DNA of 64,000 nt from an uncultured candidate division Zixibacteria bacterium (GTDB taxonomy: Bacteria > Zixibacteria > MSB-5A5 > GN15 > FEB-12): positions 45,193 through 109,192 of the forward strand of contig CAVTJJ010000005.1 in assembly GCA_963735035.1 (NCBI GenBank), given 5' to 3'. Each line of letters opens with the position of its first letter. Position 1 is the first letter of the stretch. Shown here in pieces: positions 47,266-57,856 of the stretch. A program made the translations under genes and the position numbers. The notes below the pieces were generated by a model. That model saw only the letters and a program-made list of their open reading frames with translations. It made no database searches and was not told where the DNA came from.

Positions 47266-47806
47266 GAGTCGGCAGATGTGGACATCTGCCGGGCACGGTT
47301 CAAGAGTGTCCGGACCCACCGCAAGCGGTGGGGCACCCGGACACGTATAGTTCAAGAAGACGGACGCAAGTCCGTCACCCCTGCGGCGGCAGGGGCCCAG
47401 TCAAGGTGGCTAATAACCCAATCCAAATGTCAGCATAGACCTTCCAAAGAGAGGTCTTCAAAATAGTTGACTTAGGTGCTCTGCGGTCTTGTCTGGGTTC
47501 CTGCCTTCGCAGGAATGACGAAGAGGGGGGCAGGAATGACAAAGTAAACGCGTCAGGTCACACGATCCGCCCGCCTTCGGCGGCCAGATCGCAGGACCTG
47601 ACGCAACAGCTATAGGGGGCTTCGTACGAGTCGGCAGATGTGGGCATCTGCCGGGCACGGTTATTTCACCCACAATCTCACAACCCTTGGGTGCCCCGCC
47701 TGAAGCGGGGCAAGACAGAATTGAGTTAGCGGGGCAAGATAGGTTTGGGGGACTATTCGCGTCAGGTCACACGTCCCGCAAGGCGGGCCGCAGTACCTGA
47801 CGCAAC
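47266..47806. repeat. REP mosaic between tRNA-Thr and pfk
   Basis: Two CGGCAGATGTGG(A/G)CATCTGCCG hairpins, two GTCAGGTCACACG..CCTGACGCAAC units, TTCCTGCCTTCGCAGGAA and an intact GCCCCGCCTGAAGCGGGGC hairpin. Confidence 0.88.
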
Positions 47807-47816
47807 CCTATAGGCC

Positions 47817-49022
47817 CTAATATATCCGCTGGGGGTAGCGGGTTTCCTTTTTGCATGCCGGCTCGTACTCCTGGCGCACCCGACCAAACGTGAACCCCAA
47901 CTGCTCAAACACCGCCACCTCGGTCAAGTCCACCAGTCGCGACTTGATCGCGTCCTTGATGTCCATGTACCAGGCGGTATTGTTCGAGAACCCGGTCACC
48001 GTAATCCCCGAAAAGTCGCGCAGGAGCAGCACTACCGCGTTGGCCCCGGCGACCATCCCAAAATTAGCGTCGTAGGCCGAGGTCGTGCCCGAGCGGACCA
48101 GGTGCGACGGGACAATTGTCCGCACTTCGGGCACCTCGAACAGGCCGTCGACATACATCCCCTGGCGCAGCATGAACTGTTTGATATCGGGGTCGGCCTT
48201 GAGGCGTTTCTTCATCTCCTGCTCGACAAACCGCCCCGCCCCGGCCAGCTTTTTGTGCCCGAACGTGTCCAATCCGGCCGATTCGTCGTACATCTCCTTG
48301 CCGGAAGCGTCTTTCAGCCCCTCGGCGACCACGACCGTGTAGGTGCCGGCTTTGACGTCGGACTCGATAATGCGTTTGGTGAACACCTTCTTGCAGTGGC
48401 GGTAGAGTTCGTCGAAATCGACCGGGATTTCCGGAATCAGGATAGCGTCCGCCTCGCCCGCGACCCCGCCCCGAAACGCAGTGTGTCCGGCGTACCTGCC
48501 GAAAACTTCGACCACCATGATCCGGTTGTGGGTCCGTCCGGTTGTTTTCAGTTCGCGAACAAAAAATCCGATCCGGTTGATGGTCGAATCGCCGCCGACC
48601 GAGTAGCAGACGAGGTCGAGGTCCATCGTCTTAGGCGCGTGAACGCAGTGGATGCCGCGCTCGGAGAGATCGGCCACGACCGCGCCGGTGTCGTCGCCGC
48701 CGCTGATGACAAGGCCGTCGATCTGGAACTTGGCGAGCCCGGCTTTGATCCGCTCGTATTTCTGATCGTCTTTGATTTTGGCGATTTTGACCCGCGAATG
48801 GCCGGCTTCGGATCCCGCCTGGCCGATACTGAACGTGTCGAGCCGCGACGGGGTTAGTTCGACCAGGTAGTCCATATCGACCATGTTGTAAAGTCCGGCG
48901 TAGCCGTTGGGGATGGCGTAAGCCGAGAGGCCCTTGCGTGTTGCCATTTGGGCCGCCCCTTTGACGACCGCGTTGAGGCCGCCGCAGTCGCCGCCGCTGG
49001 TGATGATGCCTATGTGCCGCAT
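47817..49022 (-). CDS. pfk: 6-phosphofructokinase, probably PPi-dependent
   Basis: 'TSGGDCGGLNA', 'SGGDDT', 'PKTMDLD', 'VEVFGRYAG', 'ILIPE', 'VVAEG'. Confidence 0.92.
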   Translation of the reverse strand: MRHIGIITSGGDCGGLNAVVKGAAQMATRKGLSAYAIPNGYAGLYNMVDMDYLVELTPSRLDTFSIGQAGSEAGHSRVKIAKIKDDQKYERIKAGLAKFQIDGLVISGGDDTGAVVADLSERGIHCVHAPKTMDLDLVCYSVGGDSTINRIGFFVRELKTTGRTHNRIMVVEVFGRYAGHTAFRGGVAGEADAILIPEIPVDFDELYRHCKKVFTKRIIESDVKAGTYTVVVAEGLKDASGKEMYDESAGLDTFGHKKLAGAGRFVEQEMKKRLKADPDIKQFMLRQGMYVDGLFEVPEVRTIVPSHLVRSGTTSAYDANFGMVAGANAVVLLLRDFSGITVTGFSNNTAWYMDIKDAIKSRLVDLTEVAVFEQLGFTFGRVRQEYEPACKKETRYPQRIY

Positions 49023-49126
49023 AGAATATTATCCTTTAGAGTGAGTCTCATTTTGTCGCGTTCGTGGTTCGATGAATTGATTCACGGGGGATAGTATAGG
49101 AGCGGCGTGAGGTGACGTCAATGTTT

Positions 49127-49505
49127 TGATCGGCGGCCACTTTTCAATCGCCAGCCAATTTTTTTGATCGGCAGGCAACTCTTTGATCGGCAGGCCACAT
49201 TTTGATCGGCAGGCCTCCGGGCCTGCCGCCAAGAAGACGGCGGGGGTGGGACCCTGCCGATTAAGGAGGAACGTGGTGTCGGGCGTCTCTGGCCGACACC
49301 GGATCGATCGGAACTTCCGTCAGGCAGAGACGCCTGACGGCACGAAATCCCAGCGCAAGCGCTGGGGCACCAGGAAGACGGAGATTCGTTCGAGCCGGCA
49401 GATGTGGACATCTGCCGGGCACGTGAACCGGTGGCCACTTTTTGATCGGCAGGCCTCCGGGCCTGCCGGAACGTAAGGCGGCAGGGGTGGGACCCTGCCG
49501 ATCAC
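49127..49505. repeat. REP mosaic (GATCGGCAGG and CGGCAGATG families)
   Basis: TTGATCGGC occurs five times and CGGCAGGCCTCCGGGCCTGCCG twice, plus CGGCAGATGTGGACATCTGCCG. Confidence 0.85.
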
Positions 49506-49599
49506 GCGTGGTCCGGAACAGGGGCGGGGGGAAAGTTGTTGCTTTTGCCGACGTCCGGGATATCTTGGCGCATCGACCCACGGTGGTTGTAACATAGTT

Positions 49600-50256
49600 A
49601 TGTGGTGGAAACTTCTCATATTCTTAGGCATGGCGGCGATGATTGTCGCCAGCTTTGCCACGCCCGCCCCGCAAGCTCAGATCGGCGAGGCCAGCCGGAT
49701 ATTCTACTATCATATCCCGCAGGCCTGGCTGTGCGTGATAGCCTTTGCGGTCTCGATGATCTTCTCGATCCAGTTTCTCCGCACTCGCCGCATTGCCGAC
49801 GATGACCGAGCGGTTACGGCCGCTTCGTTGGGGTTCATCTTCTGTTTTCTGGCGACTGTAACCGGGGCGACTTTCGCCAAGATCACCTGGGGGTCATTCT
49901 GGAACTGGGACCCGCGAGAAACCTCGATCTTTGTCCTGTTGTTGATTTATGCGGCTTATTTCGCGCTGAGAAACGCCATAGAAGAAGAACAAAAGCGGGC
50001 CGCGTTATCGGCCGTTTATTCGATATTTGCCTTTGTGACGGTGCCGTTTCTGATCTTTGTCGTGCCCCGGATTGTCCCGTCGCTTCATCCGGCCGATTCG
50101 GTAGTGGACCAGAACATGCGCTTTACGATGGGGCCGCTGGTTGGGACAATTTTTGGCAGTTCGCTGGCGTTGTTTACGGCCCTTTTCATCTGGATTTTGA
50201 ACCTGGCGGTCCGGATCAAGCGAATCGAGCGGGCCCGTTTGGAGAAGGAGTTCTAA
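49600..50256 (+). CDS. ccmC: Cytochrome c biogenesis heme-delivery protein CcmC
   Basis: WWD motif 'WGSFWNWDPRET', flanking His in 'YYHIP' and 'SLHP', about six TM segments. Confidence 0.9.
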   Translation: MWWKLLIFLGMAAMIVASFATPAPQAQIGEASRIFYYHIPQAWLCVIAFAVSMIFSIQFLRTRRIADDDRAVTAASLGFIFCFLATVTGATFAKITWGSFWNWDPRETSIFVLLLIYAAYFALRNAIEEEQKRAALSAVYSIFAFVTVPFLIFVVPRIVPSLHPADSVVDQNMRFTMGPLVGTIFGSSLALFTALFIWILNLAVRIKRIERARLEKEF

Positions 50257-50367
50257 ATGGACGGCAATTATGTCGCTTTGGCGGTCACTCTGCTGATCTG
50301 GGTCGGTTTGTTCTTCTTTCTGATGCGGCTGGACAAGCGGGTCAAAGAGCTCGAAAAGCGTTCGTAG
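50257..50367 (+). CDS. ccmD: CcmD-family small membrane protein (36 aa, absent from the ORF track)
   Basis: MDGNYVALAVTLLIWVGLFFFLMRLDKRVKELEKRS*, directly after the ccmC stop with RBS AAGGAG. Confidence 0.82.
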   Translation: MDGNYVALAVTLLIWVGLFFFLMRLDKRVKELEKRS

Positions 50368-50392
50368 TTTTTCAGGCTTCAACCAAGCGAAT

Positions 50393-50680
50393 CGGCGGGT
50401 TTGAAGCAGACCCGCCCTACAAGAGTTTCCCACTCGGTTTCATACCCAAGATCTAGGCGCGGAGTACCTCTAAGTCACCCTGAGTCTGTCGAAGGGTGAC
50501 TAGGCGGGTGAAAGTCATGCTTCGACAAGCTCAGCATGACTTGTAGGGCAGGTCCGTCTTCGAACCTGCCATCTTCTGCGCACAAGCGAAAACAACGGCG
50601 GGTTTGAAGCAGACCCGCCCTACAAGAGCTGGTCGCATGACCCGCCAAAGCAAGTCACCCTGAGCCTGTCGAAGGGTGAT
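50393..50680. repeat. GTAG-type REPs and GTCACCCTGAG hairpins
   Basis: CGGCGGGTTTGAAGCAGACCCGCCCTACAAGAG twice, GTCACCCTGAG(T/C)CTGTCGAAGGGTGA twice, GTAGGGCAGGT..ACCTGCC once. Confidence 0.88.
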
Positions 50681-50822
50681 TCAGTTTTTGGAACTTACCC
50701 TTCAGCCAAGCTTATAATCCTACAATAGTTAAATCTGCCGATGGCCGTCCCCCGGAATCAGCGTTGGTTCGCGTTTGGGGCCGGCCCCGGCAGGCCAGAA
50801 CGAGAACAGATTTATGGTTCGC

Positions 50823-50851
50823 TTGACAGGTTCGGCTGTGGGACCTATTTT
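50823..50851 (+). promoter_or_regulatory. sigma70-type promoter of the ABC operon
   Basis: TTGACA-N17-TATTTT. Confidence 0.6.
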
Positions 50852-50908
50852 GGCGGGCTTGATTGTCCAGATTAAGGGTACGACAAAGTTTAGCGTAGAG
50901 GATTGCCG

Positions 50909-51677
50909 ATGACGGAAAGCTCCCCACCCATTATGATCCAAGCCACGGGACTGAGTAAGTACTACGGCTCCTTTGTGGCCATCAAAGACATCTCTTTTTC
51001 AATTCCCAAGGGCCAGATTGTGGCGTTTCTGGGGCCGAACGGCGCCGGTAAATCGACCACGATGAAGATCCTGAGCGGCTTCTTGTCGGCCAGCGAAGGC
51101 ACCGCCGCGATCGCCGGGCTCGATGTCCGCGCGGAGCGGCTCGAAGCGGCCCGACATCTGGGCTACCTGCCTGAAAATGGTCCTCTTTACGACGATATGA
51201 CACCGTTCGATCACATGCGATTTTTCGGTGAAGCGCGCGGGTTGACCGGCGCCGTTCTGAAAGAATCGTATGGAAGCGGTCGCGACACAGTGTGGGCTGA
51301 AAGACGTCTGGGAAAAGCCGGCCGGAAAACTGTCACGCGGTTATCGGCAGCGGGTCGGACTGGCGCAGGCGCTTCTGCACGATCCGGATGTACTCATCAT
51401 GGACGAACCGACCGCCGGACTCGATCCGAACCAGATTCGCGATTTCCGCGGCTATATCCGCAAGCTGGGCGAGACCAAGACAATTCTTTTGTCCACCCAC
51501 ATTCTCGGTGAGGTGACCGCGGTGTCCGATCGGGTGCTTCTGATTCACGACGGTCGGTTGGTGTTCGACGGCACCCCCGCGCAGTTGCAGGTAAACAAGA
51601 CGCTCGAACAGACTTTCTATGAGTTGACCAACTATGGTCGGGTGGCTTCGGCGGCCGGGAAGGGAGGCGCCGTATGA
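50909..51677 (+). CDS. ABC transporter ATP-binding protein (GldA-like), frameshift at ~51265
   Basis: Walker A 'GPNGAGKST' is in ORF 50903..51511. Signature 'LSRGYRQR', Walker B 'LIMDEPT' and 'STH' are in ORF 51270..51677. One extra base lies near AAAGAATCGTATG. Confidence 0.9.
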
Positions 51678-54394
51678 AGTTCAGTGTCAAGTTGAACTGG
51701 CAGGTGATCAGGGCCATCTGCAAACGCGACCTGCGCAGTTATTTCTCCAGCCCGACCGGTTATGTTTTCATAACGCTGTTCATATTTCTGAGTGCGACCG
51801 CCGCGTTCTGGCAAGAGCGATTCTTTGCCGACAACCTGGCCAACCTTGGGCAGCTCAATACATTCTTTCCGTTGATCCTGCTGTTCTTCATCCCGGCGCT
51901 GACAATGAACATCTGGGCCGATGAACGCAAGCGGGGAACGGAAGAGTTGCTGCTTACATTGCCAGCGACCGATGTGGAAATAGTGCTGGGTAAATATTTC
52001 GCCGGACTGGGCATCTACACGACGTCGCTCCTTTTCTCACTCAGCCACGTGATCGTGCTCTTCTGGCTCGGTCGTCCCGATATGGGTTTGATGTTTGGCA
52101 ACTACTTCGGTTACTGGTTGATCGGCGCGGCGCTGCTGTCAGTGGGCATGCTGGCATCGCTTCTGACGGCTAATGCCACGGTCGGTTTCATTCTCGGATC
52201 AGTATTCTGCTCGTTCTTTGTCTTCGTGAATTCGGGTGATTTCACGATAAATGAATCATTGCAGCAGTGGCTGAATCCGGTGGGTATCACAACCCAGTTT
52301 GCGGACTTCGCTCGAGGTGTGGTCAGTCTATCGGGCCTGGCTTATTTTGTTCTTGTCGTATCGGTGATGCTCTACTTGAACGTGATACTGCTCGGGCGTC
52401 GTCACTGGCCGGTGGCGGCGGACGGTTATCGCTACTGGGTGCATCAATTGGTGCGCGGCATTGCGGTCGTCGTGGTGGCGGTCAGCCTGGTGGCGATAGT
52501 GGGGCGCTTCGGGTTCCGTCTTGATGTTACCGCCGAGCGTTTGCATTCGATTTCTGACCGAACGCGATACCTCCTCGATGAACTCAGCAGTGACCGCCCG
52601 GTCTTGATTCAGGCGTTTATCAGTCCGGAAGTTCCTCGGCAGTATGTCGAGACAAGGGAGAATCTGCTGTCGACTCTCGAAGAGATCGCGGCCGTGGCGC
52701 ACGGTAAGGTCGAAGTGCTCATTCACGACACCGAACCTTTCAGCCAGGAAGCCAAGGACGCGCGCGAGAAGTTCGGCATTACGCCGCGTGACGTCATGAG
52801 CCTGGAAAGCGCCCGCACGAGTACCACGCCGGTGTTTCTCGGATTGGCGTTTACGAGCGGTGCGGCTGAGGAAGTTATTCCGTTCTTTGACGTCGGTCTG
52901 CCGGTGGAGTACGAGTTGATTCGTTCGATTCGTGTTGCCGCCGCCACGCAGCGGCGCAAGATCGGCGTGCTTACAACGGGCGCCAAGCTCTCGGGCGGTT
53001 TCGATTTTCAGTCGATGAGTTCCCAGCCGCCGTGGGATATTGTCAGCGAGTTAAAGAAGCAGTACGAGGTGGTTGATGTCTCGCCTGAGTCCGAGATCAC
53101 GGAACATATTGACGGCCTGCTCGCTGTACTGCCGTCGACATTGCCCCAGCCCCAGATGAACAATCTCAAGAAGTACATGTTGAGTGGCGGCCCGACACTT
53201 ATTCTCGAAGATCCGCTGCCGGTGCTCAATATCAATTTGTCGCCGCTGGTGCCGTCGGATGCGCAGGCTAATCCGTTCCAGCAGCAGCAGGGGCCGGCTC
53301 CGGAGCCGAAAGGAAATATCACCGACCTGATGGCTTCGATCGGGGTGCGCTTTGATCCGTCGATTCTTGTCTGGGATACATACAATCCCCATCCGGATCT
53401 GGCAGGTGCGCCCCCGGACATAGTGTTCATAGGTCAGGGCAACGGTGCGAGCGAAGCGTTTGCGTCGGACGATCCGGCCAGCGCCGGACTACAGGAAGTA
53501 GTTGCGATGTATCCCGGTCAGGTCATGAGTGCCCGAACCGAGTTTACATTCAAGCCACTACTATATACTGGACGAATCGGTGGGACATCATCATGGTACC
53601 AGATGGTGCAGCGGAGTTTCTTCGGTATGCGCATGAATCCGACCCCGCCGCGTCAGCAGTCGCCGGAGGCGCACATTCTGGCGGCCAGAATCGGGGGCGA
53701 GAGGAAAGTCTTCTCAGATACGAGCGAAACCGCCAAGATGTTCAGGCGAAACAACCCCCAGGCTGACTCCATGGTCACACAGAAAGTCAATGCTATCGTC
53801 ATAGCCGACGTTGACATTATTTCGCAAACTTTCTTTATGCTGCGCCAGCAAGGGTTCGGCAATTTGCAGTTCGACAACATTTCGTTTGTCTTAAACTGTA
53901 TGGATGAACTGGTTGACGATCCGTCGTTTATCGAGCTTCGCAAGAAGCGTATCCGGCATCGCACTCTCGAGAAAGTGGAAAACCAGACACGCCAGTTCGT
54001 GGAACGTCGTCTGAGCGATGAAACTCAGGCCGAAGAACAGGCCAAGAATGCGCTGGCCGAGGCGCAGGGAAGACTCGACGCCAAAGTGGCCGCGCTTCGA
54101 GGGCGAACTGACCTGGACGATCAGACCAAGCAGATCATGGCGAGAAATCTACAGGAAGTCGAAAGCCGGCGTTTCGAAGTAGTGAAAGCAAATATCGAGT
54201 CGCAGAAGCAGGCCACGGTTGAGGCCAGTAAAGAGAATATGGAATCGGCCATTCGAAGTATCCAGACTCGCATCAAGACTCTGGCAGTCGCCTTGCCGCC
54301 GATACCGGTTCTGCTTATTGGTATCTACACAGCAGTGAAGCGACGTCGGCGTGAACATGAAGGGGCGGTGGCCGCTCGGAGATTGAGGAGTTAA
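51674..54394 (+). CDS. ABC-2 permease fused to a GldG-like auxiliary domain (GldF-GldG-like)
   Basis: '[21 protein letters not shown]', '[13 protein letters not shown]', 'VEYELIRSI', C-terminal coiled coil and TM. Confidence 0.88.
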   Translation: MKFSVKLNWQVIRAICKRDLRSYFSSPTGYVFITLFIFLSATAAFWQERFFADNLANLGQLNTFFPLILLFFIPALTMNIWADERKRGTEELLLTLPATDVEIVLGKYFAGLGIYTTSLLFSLSHVIVLFWLGRPDMGLMFGNYFGYWLIGAALLSVGMLASLLTANATVGFILGSVFCSFFVFVNSGDFTINESLQQWLNPVGITTQFADFARGVVSLSGLAYFVLVVSVMLYLNVILLGRRHWPVAADGYRYWVHQLVRGIAVVVVAVSLVAIVGRFGFRLDVTAERLHSISDRTRYLLDELSSDRPVLIQAFISPEVPRQYVETRENLLSTLEEIAAVAHGKVEVLIHDTEPFSQEAKDAREKFGITPRDVMSLESARTSTTPVFLGLAFTSGAAEEVIPFFDVGLPVEYELIRSIRVAAATQRRKIGVLTTGAKLSGGFDFQSMSSQPPWDIVSELKKQYEVVDVSPESEITEHIDGLLAVLPSTLPQPQMNNLKKYMLSGGPTLILEDPLPVLNINLSPLVPSDAQANPFQQQQGPAPEPKGNITDLMASIGVRFDPSILVWDTYNPHPDLAGAPPDIVFIGQGNGASEAFASDDPASAGLQEVVAMYPGQVMSARTEFTFKPLLYTGRIGGTSSWYQMVQRSFFGMRMNPTPPRQQSPEAHILAARIGGERKVFSDTSETAKMFRRNNPQADSMVTQKVNAIVIADVDIISQTFFMLRQQGFGNLQFDNISFVLNCMDELVDDPSFIELRKKRIRHRTLEKVENQTRQFVERRLSDETQAEEQAKNALAEAQGRLDAKVAALRGRTDLDDQTKQIMARNLQEVESRRFEVVKANIESQKQATVEASKENMESAIRSIQTRIKTLAVALPPIPVLLIGIYTAVKRRRREHEGAVAARRLRS

Positions 54395-54397
54395 ACC

Positions 54398-55753
54398 ATG
54401 AGTGAACTGAAATTAACCGGCATATTTGCAGGCGTCGCTCTGGTGTTGGCTGCGCTCGCCTTTTTCATTTCTCCGGGGCGCATAACCCCGGAAGCGTTCC
54501 AGGATCAGGGGCAGGCATTCTTCCCCAATTTCACTGATCCGAACCAGGCGACTACATTAGAAGTAATTGAATTCGACGAGCAATCCGGAACCGCGCGCCC
54601 GTTCAAAGTGACCTTCAACAACGGTCGCTGGACGATTCCATCGCACAATGACTATCCGGCCGACGGCAAAGATCGTCTCGCCAAGACCGCTGCCGGAGTG
54701 ATCGACATCAAGAAGGATGACTATCGCACCGGCATGGTTTCCGATCATGCGGCTTGTGGTGTGGTCGATCCGCTCGATCAATCGGCGCCCGGACTGAAAG
54801 GTCGCGGCAGCCGAATCACGATGAAAGACAAGGACGGCACGGTGCTGGCCGATTTCATCATAGGCAATCAGGTGCCGGACCGTCAGGGATTCCGTTTCGT
54901 CCGGGTACCGGGTGAGAACCGGGTATATGCGTCGCGAGTGAATCTGGATATCTCCACCAAGTTCGCCGACTGGATCGAGTCCAGCCTGCTCGAAGTGGAT
55001 GCGTCCAAGATCGAACGAGTAGTCCTTGACAACTACTCCATCAACGAGCGTACCTATTCTATGCAGCCGGGGGAGCGAATCGAGCTGGCCAACAAGGACG
55101 AAGTTTGGACTTCGAAATCCATTGGCGCGCTCGATACCACCAAGGTCCGCACCCTGGCCAAGACTCTTGGGGCGCTGTCTATAGTAGATGTGCGTCCAAA
55201 ACCGGCGGGCCTGTCTTCGAGTCTCAAGGAACAGAATCGCGCGATGCAGCTAACTCAGGAGGACCAGTATTCGCTCCAGAGCAAGGGTTTTTACTTAGCG
55301 CGACAAGACGGTCGTTTGCTCTCGAATGAAGGCGATGTCACGGTCTACAGCAAGGATGGCATTGTCTACACGCTGCGTTTCGGCGAAGTGACCATTGGCA
55401 GCGGTGCGAGCTCCGACTTGTCGGCTGATCCGTCGCAGGCAGGACGCGGAGCCGAGGGAGCCGCGAATCGGTACGTGTTCATTAGCTGCGAATTTGAACC
55501 GGGCTACTTTGTCGAACCGCCGAAGCCGTCGTCGATGGATTTCCAGAACAAAAAGGAAACGGACTATACCGATCTCGACAGGACCTGCAAGGATCAGTAC
55601 AACCGTCACCAGCAGTGGGAGCGGAAGGTGCAGACGGGGCGTGATTTTGCGGCCAGGCTGAATGCGCGCTTTGCCGACTGGTACTATGTGATTTCGGATG
55701 ACAACTTCAAGAAGATTCATCTGAGCAAGGCGGATCTGACCAAGCGTTCGTAG
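54398..55753 (+). CDS. DUF4340-like protein
   Basis: N-terminal TM anchor, 'YPAD', 'FVRVPGENRVY'. Typical third gene of Gld-like ABC operons. Confidence 0.78.
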   Translation: MSELKLTGIFAGVALVLAALAFFISPGRITPEAFQDQGQAFFPNFTDPNQATTLEVIEFDEQSGTARPFKVTFNNGRWTIPSHNDYPADGKDRLAKTAAGVIDIKKDDYRTGMVSDHAACGVVDPLDQSAPGLKGRGSRITMKDKDGTVLADFIIGNQVPDRQGFRFVRVPGENRVYASRVNLDISTKFADWIESSLLEVDASKIERVVLDNYSINERTYSMQPGERIELANKDEVWTSKSIGALDTTKVRTLAKTLGALSIVDVRPKPAGLSSSLKEQNRAMQLTQEDQYSLQSKGFYLARQDGRLLSNEGDVTVYSKDGIVYTLRFGEVTIGSGASSDLSADPSQAGRGAEGAANRYVFISCEFEPGYFVEPPKPSSMDFQNKKETDYTDLDRTCKDQYNRHQQWERKVQTGRDFAARLNARFADWYYVISDDNFKKIHLSKADLTKRS

Positions 55754-55777
55754 TATCTTGTAGTATGTATTGACGAT

Positions 55778-55816
55778 TCAAGAACGGGTCGGGCTTTGTG
55801 CCCGGCCCGTTCTTGA
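55778..55816. terminator. Strong hairpin between convergent genes (bidirectional terminator)
   Basis: TCAAGAACGGGTCGGGC-TTTGT-GCCCGGCCCGTTCTTGA. Confidence 0.75.
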
Positions 55817-55818
55817 TT

Positions 55819-56808
55819 TCAGGCGAAGACTTCAGCGGGGGTGAGAATCTCGTCGAGAAGTGATAGCTGTCGTACCAGCGAGTAATTGTTCTCGATGAAC
55901 GCCCGGTAGGCGCGAGAATCGTATTCTCTGGATCGTGCCATGGTGACGAATTCATCGATCGTGTTCCATAGATGGGAAGAGTCGAATATCTTTCGCGCCC
56001 CGACAAAATTGTGTATGAGCGGTTTCACCCCGCACGCCATCGCTTCCATGATACCCACCGGGTGGGCTTCAAGTACACTGGTGCTGACGATGTAATGTTT
56101 GTCGGCCAGCCAGGCGGGAACGTTTTCAATCCAGCCGTCGAATGTGACGCAGTCGCCCAGTTCCAACTCGCGAATCATCTGCTGAAAGTAGAGTTGATAG
56201 CGGTCATCCTGAAACGCGCCGCCCATGAAGAGCCGATAGGATGGATCCTGCTTGTGGAGTTCCGCGAAAGCATGCAGCAGAAGCATCGGCCCTTTCTTGT
56301 AATTGATGTACCCCAGGAAGGCGAGGTTCTTGCCGGGTTTGCGCTCGATCGGGGCAAAGCGTTGGAGGTCGATGCCGTTGGGAATGAGGTGCGTACGCTT
56401 CACTTTCTGTAGCAACCCCGGTAGTTGTTGTGTGACATAATCACGAATATGAGGCGCGACAAAGATCAAATCATCGATTCGCTCCCATTTGATTTGCTGA
56501 AGAAACGGCGCGAAAGCTTCGTAACTGTGCAGGCGGCAGATCACCCGCTTGTCAGCGGTCGTGGGCAAGCCGTGGGTCAGAGCCACCGCGAGTTCGTTGG
56601 CCCACTCGACCCAGATGATATCGGCCCAGGCCACGACCTCGTTCAAGGTCTTGTTGCTGCCGTCAAAGCAGGTGCGGACCTGGTAGTCGGCTTCGAAGTG
56701 ACGCACAATGTCGCCGATAAAGTTCTGCATGCCGGGGGCACACAGGAAAGCCAGTTTGGGCCGCTCGAAAGCGAGCAGCCGATTAGTTATGTGGTATTCG
56801 TGTCGCAT
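55819..56808 (-). CDS. GT4-type glycosyltransferase
   Basis: 'LIPNGIDL..F', 'GYINYKKGP', 'STSVLEAHPVGIMEAMACG'. Start position uncertain. Confidence 0.88.
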   Translation of the reverse strand: MRHEYHITNRLLAFERPKLAFLCAPGMQNFIGDIVRHFEADYQVRTCFDGSNKTLNEVVAWADIIWVEWANELAVALTHGLPTTADKRVICRLHSYEAFAPFLQQIKWERIDDLIFVAPHIRDYVTQQLPGLLQKVKRTHLIPNGIDLQRFAPIERKPGKNLAFLGYINYKKGPMLLLHAFAELHKQDPSYRLFMGGAFQDDRYQLYFQQMIRELELGDCVTFDGWIENVPAWLADKHYIVSTSVLEAHPVGIMEAMACGVKPLIHNFVGARKIFDSSHLWNTIDEFVTMARSREYDSRAYRAFIENNYSLVRQLSLLDEILTPAEVFA

Positions 56809-56930
56809 AGTCTGAAGATCGGCAGGTGAGTATGAAATTATTAGTGGATGGGGGGGGACAATTGCTGTGTCAGGCCACACTCCGCCCAGGGTGCGGAGCA
56901 GGACAGGAGAAAGAAAGTCGGTTTGACAAA

Positions 56931-57105
56931 GTGCCCGGCCCGACGCGGCAGGCCCACATCTGCCGACCTGCCCCGGGTGACGAATAGTTGAAACTGGTTG
57001 TGGCAGGTCCTGCGACCCGCTTTAGCGGGGCGTGTGACCTGCCACGTAGTGGTTGGTGGATTTCCCCGTCTACTTCAAGCGCCCGGCAGATGCCCACATC
57101 TGCCG
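56931..57105. repeat. REP cluster
   Basis: Variant CCCACATCTGCCG unit, GTGGCAGGTC..GACCTGCCAC pair, CCGGCAGATGCCCACATCTGCCGG. Confidence 0.78.
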
Positions 57106-57125
57106 GCTCAGAGCAGCGTTAGGAC

Positions 57126-57596
57126 CTAGTTCGCTATCGCTATCTCAGTCTTGAAGAGGAACGCGCCCCAGATAATAGTCAGCATGCCGCGAACATCGGT
57201 CGGCCAACTGGCGCCAATCAGGTAGAGCAGACAGAGGAGGGTCAGGCCGAAGAAGAGCTTTACAAGCGCTTCGCGCATGGCGGCGGTGACAAGACTTATG
57301 AACGAGCGGAAGAAGAACAGGGCAATCAAAGCCGGGGCGGCCAGGACTACCAGCCATTCCCAGACGTTGAGATGGGCAAGGATCGGTATCCGGGGATCAC
57401 AACCGAGAGCGTTTTCCAGCACCACGGCATGAGCAATGCCCAAGAAGGTGGCAATAACCAGGTAGAGATACCCTTCAGGGCGGTCGTCACTAAGCTCCCT
57501 GAGCCCGACTACGAGAAAGAACAGGACCAGGCCAATCAAGCTGGAAAGTTGCCAGTAGGTGGAATCGGCGAAAATTTGTTGTATTGACGGCGTCAT
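57126..57596 (-). CDS. Hypothetical integral membrane protein
   Basis: About five hydrophobic helices, GAGG RBS. Confidence 0.78.
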   Translation of the reverse strand: MTPSIQQIFADSTYWQLSSLIGLVLFFLVVGLRELSDDRPEGYLYLVIATFLGIAHAVVLENALGCDPRIPILAHLNVWEWLVVLAAPALIALFFFRSFISLVTAAMREALVKLFFGLTLLCLLYLIGASWPTDVRGMLTIIWGAFLFKTEIAIAN

Positions 57597-57806
57597 TCTG
57601 TGACCTCGGGGAGGTCATAGAGTAAGCCGCGTGCCGGTCCGGTTATTCCATGGTTGACGGTCGCCTAACCATCGGCGCGACAATACGATACTGGCATTGT
57701 GATAATGTCACGCTTTAAGCGCTTGAAGGTAATTCGCGTACGCAAAATCGCAATAGGATGCGCAAGGGAAGAGGAGGGGCGCAAAATTCCCATCCGGCAT
57801 GAAGCG

Positions 57807-57835
57807 TTGACCAGGTCGGGGAAATAGGATATAAT
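57807..57835 (+). promoter_or_regulatory. sigma70-type promoter
   Basis: TTGACC-N17-TATAAT. Confidence 0.7.
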
Positions 57836-57856
57836 CGACGAAAGGATGCTACATTC

